The notes under the pieces are model-generated. The model saw only the letters and a program-made list of their open reading frames with translations. It searched no databases and was not told the origin of the DNA. This document shows, one piece after another, positions 37,445 to 46,469 of a stretch of 49,553 nt of DNA; within the stretch, counting starts at the first letter, position 1; every line of letters starts with the position of its first letter. The stretch comes from a bacterium (GTDB lineage Bacteria > Patescibacteriota > Minisyncoccia > Phycocordibacterales > UBA6899). The stretch covers positions 1 to 49,553 of the forward strand of contig JAYTCK010000045.1 of the NCBI GenBank assembly GCA_043736515.1, read 5' to 3'. Made by a program: the position numbers and the translations under genes.

Positions 37445-39307
37445 TTACAGAAACCGCTTTTGCCACTCGAGGAATACGAGAATATTCCAGAGTTTTTTGC
37501 GGTGGTCGCGCTTCCCGGACTGATGTTCCTGCCAAAGCTCCTGGATGTATTTTTTGTTCACTATGTCATCGTTTCCAACTGACCCTATGAGCTCCTCTCC
37601 CCATGGGCGAAGCGGGCCACGAAGCCAAGCACCGACAGGTACCCCAAAGCCCTTCTTTTTGCGATGCACGATGTGCCGCGGTAGTTTTGTCTCCATCAGT
37701 TTTTTGAGCAGATATTTTGTCGTTAGTCCGCGCAGCTTGTACTGATACGGAAGACGGTTAGCGAATTCAACAAGTTCATAGTCGAGAAACGGCGCGCGCG
37801 TTTCAAGTGACGCATACATACTTGCGCGATCAACTTTTACCATCACCTGATCCATCATATACGTGCGCTGATAGGCGTAAAGTAATCGGTTGCGTTCATC
37901 CTCTGCGACGAACTCACTTCCGTATCGCTCGGCACTTTCGTACGGGTTTTCTTTTTGAACCACATTCCACACTTCCCGCGAAAAGAGTTGCGCACGCTCC
38001 TCTTCATTCCAAGTGCCAAGCCAGCGCATATGCCTTCGCACAATATTATTTTCTTCTGCACCACCCATAAATTGTCTCAATTTGAATTCGAGGCTCATGT
38101 TTGCGGAAGAAGCGGGCAGATGCTCAAGTGCAAATCTGCTAATTCCCTCGCGTATTCCTTTTGGAAATGTGCGGTAGGTGTTCATCATTCGCTCCGCCTG
38201 AAAGGTGGGATATCCGGCAAAAAGTTCGTCTCCCCCATCCCCTCCAAGTGCGACCGTCACGTGCTCTTTAGTAAAGCGCGAGAGCAGATAGGTAGGAATG
38301 ATCGATACGTCCGCAAGCGGTTCATCAAGCATGCTCAAGATCTTTGGTAGGATATCTATGGAATCCTTTCCGGAAAGTACTTTGTGGTGATGTTTCGTAT
38401 TAAGAAATGATGCGACCTCCTTGGCATACTGCGACTCGTCAAAACTTGCCTCATCAAATCCGATAGAAAAGGTGTGAATTGTTTCACCTTTTGCCTTGGC
38501 GGCGTAGTACGCGATTGTCGAGCTATCCAGCCCCCCGCTCAAAAATATACCCACGGGAACATCCGCGACAAGCCGTTTTTGGGTTGCTTCGGAAAGGTGA
38601 CGATCGAGCCCGACAAGTGCCTCACGAAAACTGATTGGAGACTCCTTAAACTCCGGGTTCCAAAATTTTTCTTTGCGTATTTGCCCTTCCTCATATACCA
38701 AAAATGTTCCGGGTTCAAGTTTGGAAATACCCCTATAGATAGATGCGGGAGTTGGCACATAGTCGAGTGCAAAATACGCGTTAAGTGCCGATGGGTCAAT
38801 CTCTTTTTTTACTCCCCTGTGTGCGAGGAGTGCCTTGGGTTCTGATTCAAACATGAACACTGTGTTTTTTTCATGCAACCAATACAGAGGTTTTTTTCCC
38901 ATCCGGTAACGAGCCACGACAAGTTTTTTGCGATGCGCATCATAAAGAGCAATTGCAAACATGCCACTCAATTTTGCAAAACATGCTTCTCCATATTTTT
39001 CATAGAGCGCAATGATTACCTCAGTGTCAGAAGTACTTTGAAATGGGTAGACTCCCAGTTCTTTTTTGAGCTCTCTGTAGTTGTAGATCTCACCATTAAA
39101 AATTATTGCGATGGTACGTGAGGAATTCCACATCGGTTGGTGCCCCGAGGGCGAAAGATCGATAATAGACAAACGTGCGTGCCCAAGACCAACGTTGTGC
39201 TCAAAATAGGTCCCCTCATCATCAGGTCCGCGGTGTGCGAGTGTTGCGAGCATTGCTTTCAAGTCTCGTTCATCTCCTTTCCCAACAAAGCCGGTGATTC
39301 CGCACAT
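37445..39307 (-). CDS. asnB: Asparagine synthase (glutamine-hydrolysing)-like amidotransferase, glycan-associated
   Basis: MCGI Ntn N-terminus, HRGPD, RLSIID, FNGEIYN, SDTE, LSGGLDSS, ALGGDGGDELFAGY, KVDRASM, RAPFLD, KKKGF. Confidence 0.93.
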   Translation of the reverse strand: MCGITGFVGKGDERDLKAMLATLAHRGPDDEGTYFEHNVGLGHARLSIIDLSPSGHQPMWNSSRTIAIIFNGEIYNYRELKKELGVYPFQSTSDTEVIIALYEKYGEACFAKLSGMFAIALYDAHRKKLVVARYRMGKKPLYWLHEKNTVFMFESEPKALLAHRGVKKEIDPSALNAYFALDYVPTPASIYRGISKLEPGTFLVYEEGQIRKEKFWNPEFKESPISFREALVGLDRHLSEATQKRLVADVPVGIFLSGGLDSSTIAYYAAKAKGETIHTFSIGFDEASFDESQYAKEVASFLNTKHHHKVLSGKDSIDILPKILSMLDEPLADVSIIPTYLLSRFTKEHVTVALGGDGGDELFAGYPTFQAERMMNTYRTFPKGIREGISRFALEHLPASSANMSLEFKLRQFMGGAEENNIVRRHMRWLGTWNEEERAQLFSREVWNVVQKENPYESAERYGSEFVAEDERNRLLYAYQRTYMMDQVMVKVDRASMYASLETRAPFLDYELVEFANRLPYQYKLRGLTTKYLLKKLMETKLPRHIVHRKKKGFGVPVGAWLRGPLRPWGEELIGSVGNDDIVNKKYIQELWQEHQSGKRDHRKKLWNILVFLEWQKRFL

Positions 39308-39309
39308 GG

Positions 39310-40266
39310 CTAGTCAAGATTTAACGTCTTCTTTATCATGTATGGTCGTTTGCCCTGAGATTCATAATAAGTACGCATGAGCATTTCGGCGACAATACCC
39401 ATCAAAAAGAATTGCATGGCGACAATAAAAAACATTGCGGAAAGTGTCGGAAGAGGAGTTTGAATGAGAGAAATATTTAATGCAATACGCATGTAGATTG
39501 CCAGACTGATCGCAATAAACGAAACAAGGAGGGACCAGAAGCCCGCATAGGCAAAAAAGTGCATCGGACGATTCATGTATTTTTCGAGGAATTTAAGGAG
39601 GAGGAGGTCCGGTAGTACCCGAAGCAAGCGAGAGAAGCCGTAATTGCTCTTGCCGTGAATGCGGGGTGCAAAACGCACCTCTACTTCGCCTATGCGCGCA
39701 CCTTGTCTCTTAGCATATGCCGGAATGAAGCGATGCATCTCACCGTAGAGCATAATGTTTTTGATCACGTCGCGACGATAACCCTTAAGCGTGCATCCGA
39801 AATCATTCAGATTCACGCCGGTTACCCACGAGATGAGACCGTTTGCCGCGAGCGATGGAATTTTCCTTCTCAGCATTTGCCCTTTCCAACGGTTCTTTCT
39901 CCATCCCGAAACAACATCATAACCCTCATCCATTTTGTCTATAATTGTCTTAATATCTTCTGGGTCATTCTCCAGATCACTATCAATCAGGATGACGATG
40001 TCTCCTGTGGAAGCATCAATACCCGCTGAAAGCGCGGCGGTTTGACCAAAATTATGACGAAAGTGGATGACTTTGACATGGGGGTCTTTAGCGGCGAGTT
40101 CCGCAAGAACTGCGAAACTATTATCTTTGGATCCATCGTCAACCAATATAATCTCGTATTCGTATCCAAGTTTCCTCAAAACAGCTGTCACTCGTTCATA
40201 GAAAATCGGCAGATTGAGGGCCTCATTGTATGCAGGAACCACAATGGAAATGGTCTCATTTTTCAT
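39310..40266 (-). CDS. GT2 polyprenyl-phosphate glycosyltransferase (ArnC/GtrB-like) with two C-terminal TMs
   Basis: VVPAYNE, VDDGSKD, NFGQTAA, DSDLENDP, DFGCTLK, EMHRFIP; C-terminal hydrophobic pair. Confidence 0.92.
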   Translation of the reverse strand: MKNETISIVVPAYNEALNLPIFYERVTAVLRKLGYEYEIILVDDGSKDNSFAVLAELAAKDPHVKVIHFRHNFGQTAALSAGIDASTGDIVILIDSDLENDPEDIKTIIDKMDEGYDVVSGWRKNRWKGQMLRRKIPSLAANGLISWVTGVNLNDFGCTLKGYRRDVIKNIMLYGEMHRFIPAYAKRQGARIGEVEVRFAPRIHGKSNYGFSRLLRVLPDLLLLKFLEKYMNRPMHFFAYAGFWSLLVSFIAISLAIYMRIALNISLIQTPLPTLSAMFFIVAMQFFLMGIVAEMLMRTYYESQGKRPYMIKKTLNLD

Positions 40267-40272
40267 TTGCCT

Positions 40273-40301
40273 ATCATAGCAACCAAGGTCAAGGAGAGCA
40301 A
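40273..40301 (-). promoter_or_regulatory. Sigma70-like promoter, leaderless-type
   Basis: TTGCTC-17 nt-TATGAT (preceded by TGC)-6 nt-ATG (40266). Confidence 0.65.
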
Positions 40302-40357
40302 CGAAAGAGTGAGAATACGCATTATTAAAATATCTTCTTGTGCTGTATCATAAAAAA

Positions 40358-41716
40358 ATGGATTTTTGGAAAAAGCACAATGTGCTTATACTGCTGTTTG
40401 TTATTGCGTTTTCTCTACGCCTAATCTTTGCCCTCCCCTCGCTGAACACACCTCAGCTTTCCGGATCCACAATCACCGCTGACGGGTATTATGAAATTAC
40501 CCAAAATCTACTTCAGGGCAACGGATTTAGTAGATCGGCAATTAATGCTCCAGCTGTGGTTCCGGACTCAGTGCGCATGCCCCTCTACCCACTTCTCATT
40601 GCTTTTATGGTTTGGCTCACCGGGAACTTCAAAATCTTTTTACTTTTTCAGATCGTTATCGGGAGTTTTATTCCAATCCTCGCCCGGAAGATCGCATTCA
40701 TGCTTACTGCAAAGGATACGATCGCCATTATGGTGGGATTATTCCTGGCCCTAGAACCGCTTAATGCATGGCTGTCGACATTTTTGCTTACGGAAACATT
40801 TTTCACATTCTTTTTTCTCAGCGCTTGTATTTACTTTCTTTCCTATCTTGATCAAAGAAAAATTTTCCACCTCGCACTCTGTGGACTCCTTCTGGGTGTA
40901 GCGACACTCGTACGTCCAACGACACAATTTCTTCCGATACTGCTTGCAATACTGCTTCTTATAAAACATTGGCAGTATCGGCGTGAAATAGTTAAGGCAA
41001 TTTTTGTTTTTCTTTTAGTTTTTTATTGCACACTAACCCCTTGGATGGTCCGCAACTATAACGTATTCGGCAGTGCGGCACTCAATGTACAGAGTACGAG
41101 CATCCTCTATGCATTTTTCGTGCCATCAGTAATTGCGCTCGAAGAACATATCAGCTTTGGTGAAGCGCAGCGCAAGTTCACAGGAAGCGACAATATCGGG
41201 GGTATTGAAGATGTGAATCTTGGTAATAGCGCAGAGTACAAAAAACAAGCACTGAGAGAACTGCAAAAACACCCCGTTGGAATTGCGAAATCTTTATGGA
41301 CAACTTTTTATGCATTCTTTACCAATGACGGATATCGCGCCATTACACCGTATTACCCACTGCTCTCGTTTGACGCCCCGGGAGTGGGAATGTCACAAAT
41401 ATTAAAACAGCCCAAAGATTTCATCCCGCTCTTTGCTTCGCCGGGCATACAGCTCATCATCTTTGGCAGACTCCTGTGGATCACCATCAGTATGTTCTTT
41501 TTTGTTGGTCTCTATCTCTTTATAAAAGAAAAGGAATATTCAGCCCCCTCCCTCTTCGTCGCCCTTCTCCTGTGTTATTTTCTTGCAACCACCGCATTGG
41601 TTGGCCTTGCCGTAAATGGGAGATTCCGTATTCCCGTTGAGGTTTTCATCATCACACTGGCGCTTTATTCCTTTCAGTATTTCATGTACCGATTCCGCAC
41701 TAAAGCAGAAACTTAA
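40358..41716 (+). CDS. GT-C glycosyltransferase, family 39 (ArnT/PMT-like)
   Basis: ADGYYEITQNLLQGNGF, RMPLYPL, LTETFF, ATLVRP, WMVRNY, RFRIP; about 11 TMs. Start MDFWK (40358). Confidence 0.85.
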   Translation: MDFWKKHNVLILLFVIAFSLRLIFALPSLNTPQLSGSTITADGYYEITQNLLQGNGFSRSAINAPAVVPDSVRMPLYPLLIAFMVWLTGNFKIFLLFQIVIGSFIPILARKIAFMLTAKDTIAIMVGLFLALEPLNAWLSTFLLTETFFTFFFLSACIYFLSYLDQRKIFHLALCGLLLGVATLVRPTTQFLPILLAILLLIKHWQYRREIVKAIFVFLLVFYCTLTPWMVRNYNVFGSAALNVQSTSILYAFFVPSVIALEEHISFGEAQRKFTGSDNIGGIEDVNLGNSAEYKKQALRELQKHPVGIAKSLWTTFYAFFTNDGYRAITPYYPLLSFDAPGVGMSQILKQPKDFIPLFASPGIQLIIFGRLLWITISMFFFVGLYLFIKEKEYSAPSLFVALLLCYFLATTALVGLAVNGRFRIPVEVFIITLALYSFQYFMYRFRTKAET

Positions 41717-41720
41717 TCCC

Positions 41721-41749
41721 TTGCAGCACTTGGTGTCATTCAGTATACT
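41721..41749 (+). promoter_or_regulatory. Sigma70-like promoter, leaderless-type
   Basis: TTGCAG-17 nt-TATACT-6 nt-ATG (41756). Confidence 0.7.
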
Positions 41750-41755
41750 CGTTCT

Positions 41756-43003
41756 ATGAATTCACCCTGTGTAGAAAAGAAAATATGCCGACTTTGCAAA
41801 AGCGCCGCACTTGAGCCTTTTTTAGATCTCGGGGAGCAACCTCCCGCAAATTCCTTCCTTAAACCCGAGGACTTCAAGAGCGAAGTATCTTTCCCACTCG
41901 CGGTAAAACGTTGCACAGAAACAAACTGTGGCTTCGTACAACTCGCACACGTCGTCGACCCCGAAATACTTTTTGCAAATTATGTATACGTCTCCTCTAC
42001 TTCTCCTGTGTTTGTCCGTCACTTCGAAGAATATGCACAAGCAATGCATGAACGACTCAATTTAAAAGGTGCGCTGACGCTCGACATCGGCTCAAACGAC
42101 GGAGTGCTCGTACGTCCCCTTAAAAATCTTGGTGCAAAAGCATTGGGGGTAGATCCGGCAAAAATGATTGCTGAGCAAGCGACAGCGAGTGGGTGTGAAA
42201 CAATCCACGGATACTTCAGTGAATCCTTTGCAAAAGAACTCGCAGCAAAACGCACTAAAGCAAAACTCATCACAGCAAATAATGTCTTCGCACACATCGA
42301 TGATCTTGACGATGTGACGCTGGGTGTAAAAGCCCTCCTTGCACAAGATGGACTCTTTGCAATCGAGGCGCCCTACTTGGTAGACTTTATTGAAAAGAAG
42401 CTTTTTGATACGGTTTATCACGAACATCTTTCCTATCTTGCCCTCCGCCCCCTTGAAGCATTTTTCAAACGCTATGATATGCGCATTGTCGATGTCGAGC
42501 GCGTGAATACTCACGGAGGATCAGTGCGCATACTCGTTGCCCACCAGGACTCTCCTTTTACAAAGACATCGACCGTGGATGAGATGATTAAGTATGAGGA
42601 AAAAATAGGACTTCACACGCCGGCGATCTACCGCCAGTTTTCTGACGAAGTACTTAAAAACAAAGAAGCCCTGCACTCACTCCTTGGGGCGCTAAAAAAG
42701 GAGGGTAAAAAGATCGCTGGCTATGGCGCACCCGCAAAGGGTAATACCCTGCTGAATTTCGTGCAAATTGACTCCCAAACGCTCGATTATATAGTGGATG
42801 ATAGTCCGCTCAAACAAGGACTTTTTACTCCTGGAACTCACATTCCCGTGCGTGGGAGTGCAGCGCTCACCGAGACCCCTCCCGATTATCTCTTCATACT
42901 CGCATGGAACTTTGCCGAATCGATTATGAAAAAGAATGATGTGTTTGTACAAAATGGCGGCAAGTTCATTATCCCCGTCCCTACCCCGAGTATTATTTCA
43001 TAA
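41756..43003 (+). CDS. NDP-sugar C-methyltransferase, copy 2
   Basis: CRLC...CTETNC zinc ligands, DIGSNDG, ANNVFAHI, YHEHLSY, HGGSVR, GYGAPAKGNT, ILAWN. Confidence 0.9.
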   Translation: MNSPCVEKKICRLCKSAALEPFLDLGEQPPANSFLKPEDFKSEVSFPLAVKRCTETNCGFVQLAHVVDPEILFANYVYVSSTSPVFVRHFEEYAQAMHERLNLKGALTLDIGSNDGVLVRPLKNLGAKALGVDPAKMIAEQATASGCETIHGYFSESFAKELAAKRTKAKLITANNVFAHIDDLDDVTLGVKALLAQDGLFAIEAPYLVDFIEKKLFDTVYHEHLSYLALRPLEAFFKRYDMRIVDVERVNTHGGSVRILVAHQDSPFTKTSTVDEMIKYEEKIGLHTPAIYRQFSDEVLKNKEALHSLLGALKKEGKKIAGYGAPAKGNTLLNFVQIDSQTLDYIVDDSPLKQGLFTPGTHIPVRGSAALTETPPDYLFILAWNFAESIMKKNDVFVQNGGKFIIPVPTPSIIS

Positions 43004-43024
43004 AATTAATTAATTACATTTACT

Positions 43025-44098
43025 ATGCGTCAATTCATAAACCAGGAGCTTGCAGAATTAGCACAAAAATTAGGGCCGCTCACCGATGAATTTGAGGGCA
43101 AGACGGTGCTTATTAATGGCGCCGCGGGATTTTTGGGTAATTATTTTGTCGGACTTTTCCAATATTTAAATCGGGAGCAATTTACAAAACCCGTAAAAGT
43201 CATAGCGCTTGATAATTTTATTACCGGCGCAAAAGACAGCCCATTTTTTGATCTTGAAGATCCCAATCTGCAATTTATTGGCCATGACGTACGTGTACCC
43301 TTCGACACTGAAGAGCCAATTGACTATATCATTCATGCAGCGGGTATTGCCTCGCCAGTATTTTATGCAAAATATCCAATGGAAACGATTGCCGCGACCA
43401 TAGACGGGATCAAGAATACGCTCGAACTCGCGCGCCTCAAAAAACCGAAAGCCGTCGTCTATTTTAGCTCAAGCGAAATTTACGGAGACCCAGAGCCGAG
43501 CGCGATTCCTACAAAAGAAGACTACCGCGGCTCTGTTTCCTGCACAGGACTCCGGGCTTGCTACGATGAATCAAAACGCATGGGTGAAACTATTGCGACG
43601 ATACACCAACGTCTTCACGATATACCCGTTATGATCATCCGCCCTTTCAACGTCTATGGGCCAGGCATGAAGATTGATGACCAGCGCGTGTTGCCAAACT
43701 TTTTGAATGCCGCGATTGACGGCAAGACCATCGAGATTCATAACCGCGGAGAGCAGACGCGCACCTTTGCCTATGTGACCGACGCAGTGAACGGCTTCTT
43801 CCGCGTACTCCTCCTTGGCCGCCCCGGTGAGGCATACAATATTGGCTCGGATGATGAAGAGACCTCGATATATGAACTCGCCAAAAAAGTGGAGAAAGTT
43901 CACGGTAAGCCCTTGGACATTAAACTTTCGGATTACCCTCCAGGCTACCCTGTCGGTGACCCAAACCGCCGCCAGCCTGATCTCACCAAAGCGCGAACTG
44001 AACTCGGCTATAAACCGGAATCAACGATGGATGAGGGTCTTAAGCGCATGATGAAGTGGTATCTACTCTTGCGAGAGAGAGAACGCGCCAAACAATAA
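43025..44098 (+). CDS. NAD-dependent epimerase/dehydratase, UDP-glucuronate decarboxylase (UXS)-like
   Basis: GAAGFLG, HAAGIASP, SSSEIYGDP, RACYDESKR (YxxxK), IRPFNVYGP, DPNRRQPD. Confidence 0.88.
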   Translation: MRQFINQELAELAQKLGPLTDEFEGKTVLINGAAGFLGNYFVGLFQYLNREQFTKPVKVIALDNFITGAKDSPFFDLEDPNLQFIGHDVRVPFDTEEPIDYIIHAAGIASPVFYAKYPMETIAATIDGIKNTLELARLKKPKAVVYFSSSEIYGDPEPSAIPTKEDYRGSVSCTGLRACYDESKRMGETIATIHQRLHDIPVMIIRPFNVYGPGMKIDDQRVLPNFLNAAIDGKTIEIHNRGEQTRTFAYVTDAVNGFFRVLLLGRPGEAYNIGSDDEETSIYELAKKVEKVHGKPLDIKLSDYPPGYPVGDPNRRQPDLTKARTELGYKPESTMDEGLKRMMKWYLLLRERERAKQ

Positions 44099-44112
44099 AC
44101 CTCTCAAAATAA

Positions 44113-44191
44113 GTGGCGTCACGAGTGGTGCCCTGCTGAAACCGTGGAGCCACGAGCTAGGAGCACGTACCTACCGCGAACGTTGTCGTGC
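44113..44191. other. Two-hairpin element between convergent genes
   Basis: GTGGCGTCACG/CGTGGAGCCAC (44113-44123/44143-44153; one mismatch, one G-U) and GCACG/CGTGC (44163-44167/44187-44191), each with a 19-nt loop; no U-tract. Confidence 0.35.
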
Positions 44192-44210
44192 AAGATATTT
44201 TTGTCTTTGC

Positions 44211-44972
44211 TTATGCTACTGTGCAATTCTTGCAATGAAAAAACTTTGTCTTGAAACCCATTTGCGCAAAAGCGTATTGAAAAAGTGTGCCAAATGTTTG
44301 GAATGCATATACGACTGATTTTTTAATACTGATCGAGGAGTGCTCTTTGGAGTAATCACATCTGATCGCAAGTTCACCGATGCGCAGGTTGCAATAACGC
44401 GCTTGTGCAATGATCTCGAAACTATAAAGAAAATCATCAGAAGTGCCGGTGAAATCGACAGTCTCGACGAGCTTGCGCGAATACACACGAAATCCTGTAT
44501 GGAATTCGGTAAGCGGTACCCCGAGTACGATCCTGTCTATTGTGGAAAGCGCAATGTTTGCAGACCAGCGCGCAAAAGACATTTTGTCACGTAGTGGCTG
44601 CATCACATCGGTAAAACGAGAACCGAGCAAAAAGTCCTTCCCCTCTCGCATAATCTCAAGCGCTCGTGGAATAAAGGATGGATCATACTGCCCATCGCCG
44701 TGAATCTCCACCATGTAATCAGCGCCGAGCTCAACCGCCTTGTGAAGACCAAATTTAATGTTGGCACCATAGCCACCATGAGGATGCGTGAATGCCTTGA
44801 TGCCGAGTTTTTGAGCCACCGCAAACGTATCATCGGTCGACCCATCGTCCACAAGAATAATCTCGTCGAAATATTCTTTCGGTACGCGGTTCCAGATCCC
44901 CTCTACCATACTGGCGCAATTCCACGTCATGATAATGCCGACAACTTTGTCTTTTTTCTGTTCAGTAGTCAT
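44211..44972 (-). CDS. GT2 glycosyltransferase (DPM-synthase-like)
   Basis: LVDDGSTD, GYGANIK, HGDGQY, GSRF, EFHTGFRVY. Confidence 0.9.
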   Translation of the reverse strand: MTTEQKKDKVVGIIMTWNCASMVEGIWNRVPKEYFDEIILVDDGSTDDTFAVAQKLGIKAFTHPHGGYGANIKFGLHKAVELGADYMVEIHGDGQYDPSFIPRALEIMREGKDFLLGSRFTDVMQPLRDKMSFARWSANIALSTIDRIVLGVPLTEFHTGFRVYSRKLVETVDFTGTSDDFLYSFEIIAQARYCNLRIGELAIRCDYSKEHSSISIKKSVVYAFQTFGTLFQYAFAQMGFKTKFFHCKNCTVA

Positions 44973-45014
44973 TGTAAGAAAATATTTTAAAAAAACTCCG
45001 AAAAATACATCGTT

Positions 45015-45644
45015 CTATTTTATCAGAAAAAGATTATATCCACTCACCTGACTACTTTTGATCTTGCCCGTCAAACGATCAAGCACGTAAAACACGTTGC
45101 AAATAGATTTACTTCTTCCAAGTGGTGAATTTCTAATCCATGTCTCGAGAGCCCCTCGCACTGATTGTAGCTCCATCTGTGCAAATGGTTTCGACAAGAG
45201 TGTCAGCGTATCCTTGGTAAAGCGCCAATAATCCGCATAATATCCTTTCTCCGCATGATAATAGTACAGAAATGGCACGTAAATGAAGCAATATCCGCCC
45301 GGCTTGAGTACGCGATACATTTCTTCAAATGCCTTGATAGGATTCTCCACATGTTCAAGTACCGAAATACAAATTATTGCGTCAACTGAATTATCCGCAA
45401 ATGGCAAATCATGAATATCCCCCACTATATCGGGATGATAATCTGGCACGGGATCCATAACCTTGTAGTCAGTTTTTTCGGCGTACGGCAAAATCCATGC
45501 GCGACTTTTGTCAAAACGATTATTTTTCTCTTTTGCGATTCGCAACCCCCCACCGATATCAATAATAAGTTTTTTCTCAGTAAAAAGTTTTTTAATCTTT
45601 TCCTCAAAAAAGATCTCCCAAGGTTTTTTGGGCCATAAATTCAT
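45015..45644 (-). CDS. Class I SAM-dependent methyltransferase
   Basis: IDIGGG, GDIHDLPF, SVLEHV, LKPGG, PFLYYYH...DYWRFT. Confidence 0.9.
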   Translation of the reverse strand: MNLWPKKPWEIFFEEKIKKLFTEKKLIIDIGGGLRIAKEKNNRFDKSRAWILPYAEKTDYKVMDPVPDYHPDIVGDIHDLPFADNSVDAIICISVLEHVENPIKAFEEMYRVLKPGGYCFIYVPFLYYYHAEKGYYADYWRFTKDTLTLLSKPFAQMELQSVRGALETWIRNSPLGRSKSICNVFYVLDRLTGKIKSSQVSGYNLFLIK

Positions 45645-45719
45645 TTGTCTATTATAAAGAGCACCGATAGATAATCAAGCTTGTGAACACCCAACTTAGT
45701 GGTGTAGGATACATGGAGC

Positions 45720-46466
45720 ATGAAAGGAGTCATTCTTGCGGGAGGCAGTGGTACACGTCTTCATCCGCTCACTAAGATCACCAATAAACATTTGCTTCCG
45801 CTCTACAACAAGCCGGTGATTTTTCATGCAGTGGAAAAACTTGTGCATGCGGGCATAGACCGCATCATGATTGTTGTCTCTCCTGCCTACCTCGACGACT
45901 TTGTGAGTGTTTTGGGTTCGGGGCAGGATTTCAGGACACAAAATGGGCATCAAATTCAGATTATCTACGGCATCCAAAATGAGCCAGGTGGGATTGCGCA
46001 AGGACTTTGTATAGCCAAAGACTTCGTTGGCACCGAAAGCTGCGTGCTACATCTTGGCGACAATATTATTGAGGATGATATATCCGAACATGTTGCAAAC
46101 TTCATTTCAGGAGCAAAAATATTTCTTAAGGCGGTGCATGATCCGGAGCGCTTTGGTGTTGCGACACTCGACAAAGCCGGTAGCGTCACCGAGGTGATTG
46201 AAAAACCAAAGCAACCAAAAACAAACCTCGCCGTCGTCGGTGTGTACATTTATGATAATTCTGTTTTCGCAAAAATGATTGGACAACCCGTATCTGATCG
46301 TGGCGAATACGAGATCACTTGGGTGACAAACAAATACATTGAGGAAGGCACGCTCAAATCGGGACACGTTGAAGGTGCATGGTTTGATATTGGCACTTTT
46401 GACAGCTTACTCAATGCGTCGCAATACATGAAAGAAAAAAATCAAAAAAGCGGCTCATCAAAATAA
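45720..46466 (+). CDS. rmlA: Glucose-1-phosphate thymidylyltransferase (short SpsI/RmlA-type)
   Basis: GVILAGGSGTRLHPLT, KHLLP, GDNI, PERFGV, EKP, RGEYEIT, WFDIGT. Confidence 0.85.
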   Translation: MKGVILAGGSGTRLHPLTKITNKHLLPLYNKPVIFHAVEKLVHAGIDRIMIVVSPAYLDDFVSVLGSGQDFRTQNGHQIQIIYGIQNEPGGIAQGLCIAKDFVGTESCVLHLGDNIIEDDISEHVANFISGAKIFLKAVHDPERFGVATLDKAGSVTEVIEKPKQPKTNLAVVGVYIYDNSVFAKMIGQPVSDRGEYEITWVTNKYIEEGTLKSGHVEGAWFDIGTFDSLLNASQYMKEKNQKSGSSK

Positions 46467-46469
46467 CCC

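Noticed and set aside
44171-44177. ops/JUMPstart-like GCGGTAG on the minus strand
   Set aside because: Incomplete consensus, and located at the 3' end of a block rather than in a leader upstream of polysaccharide genes.
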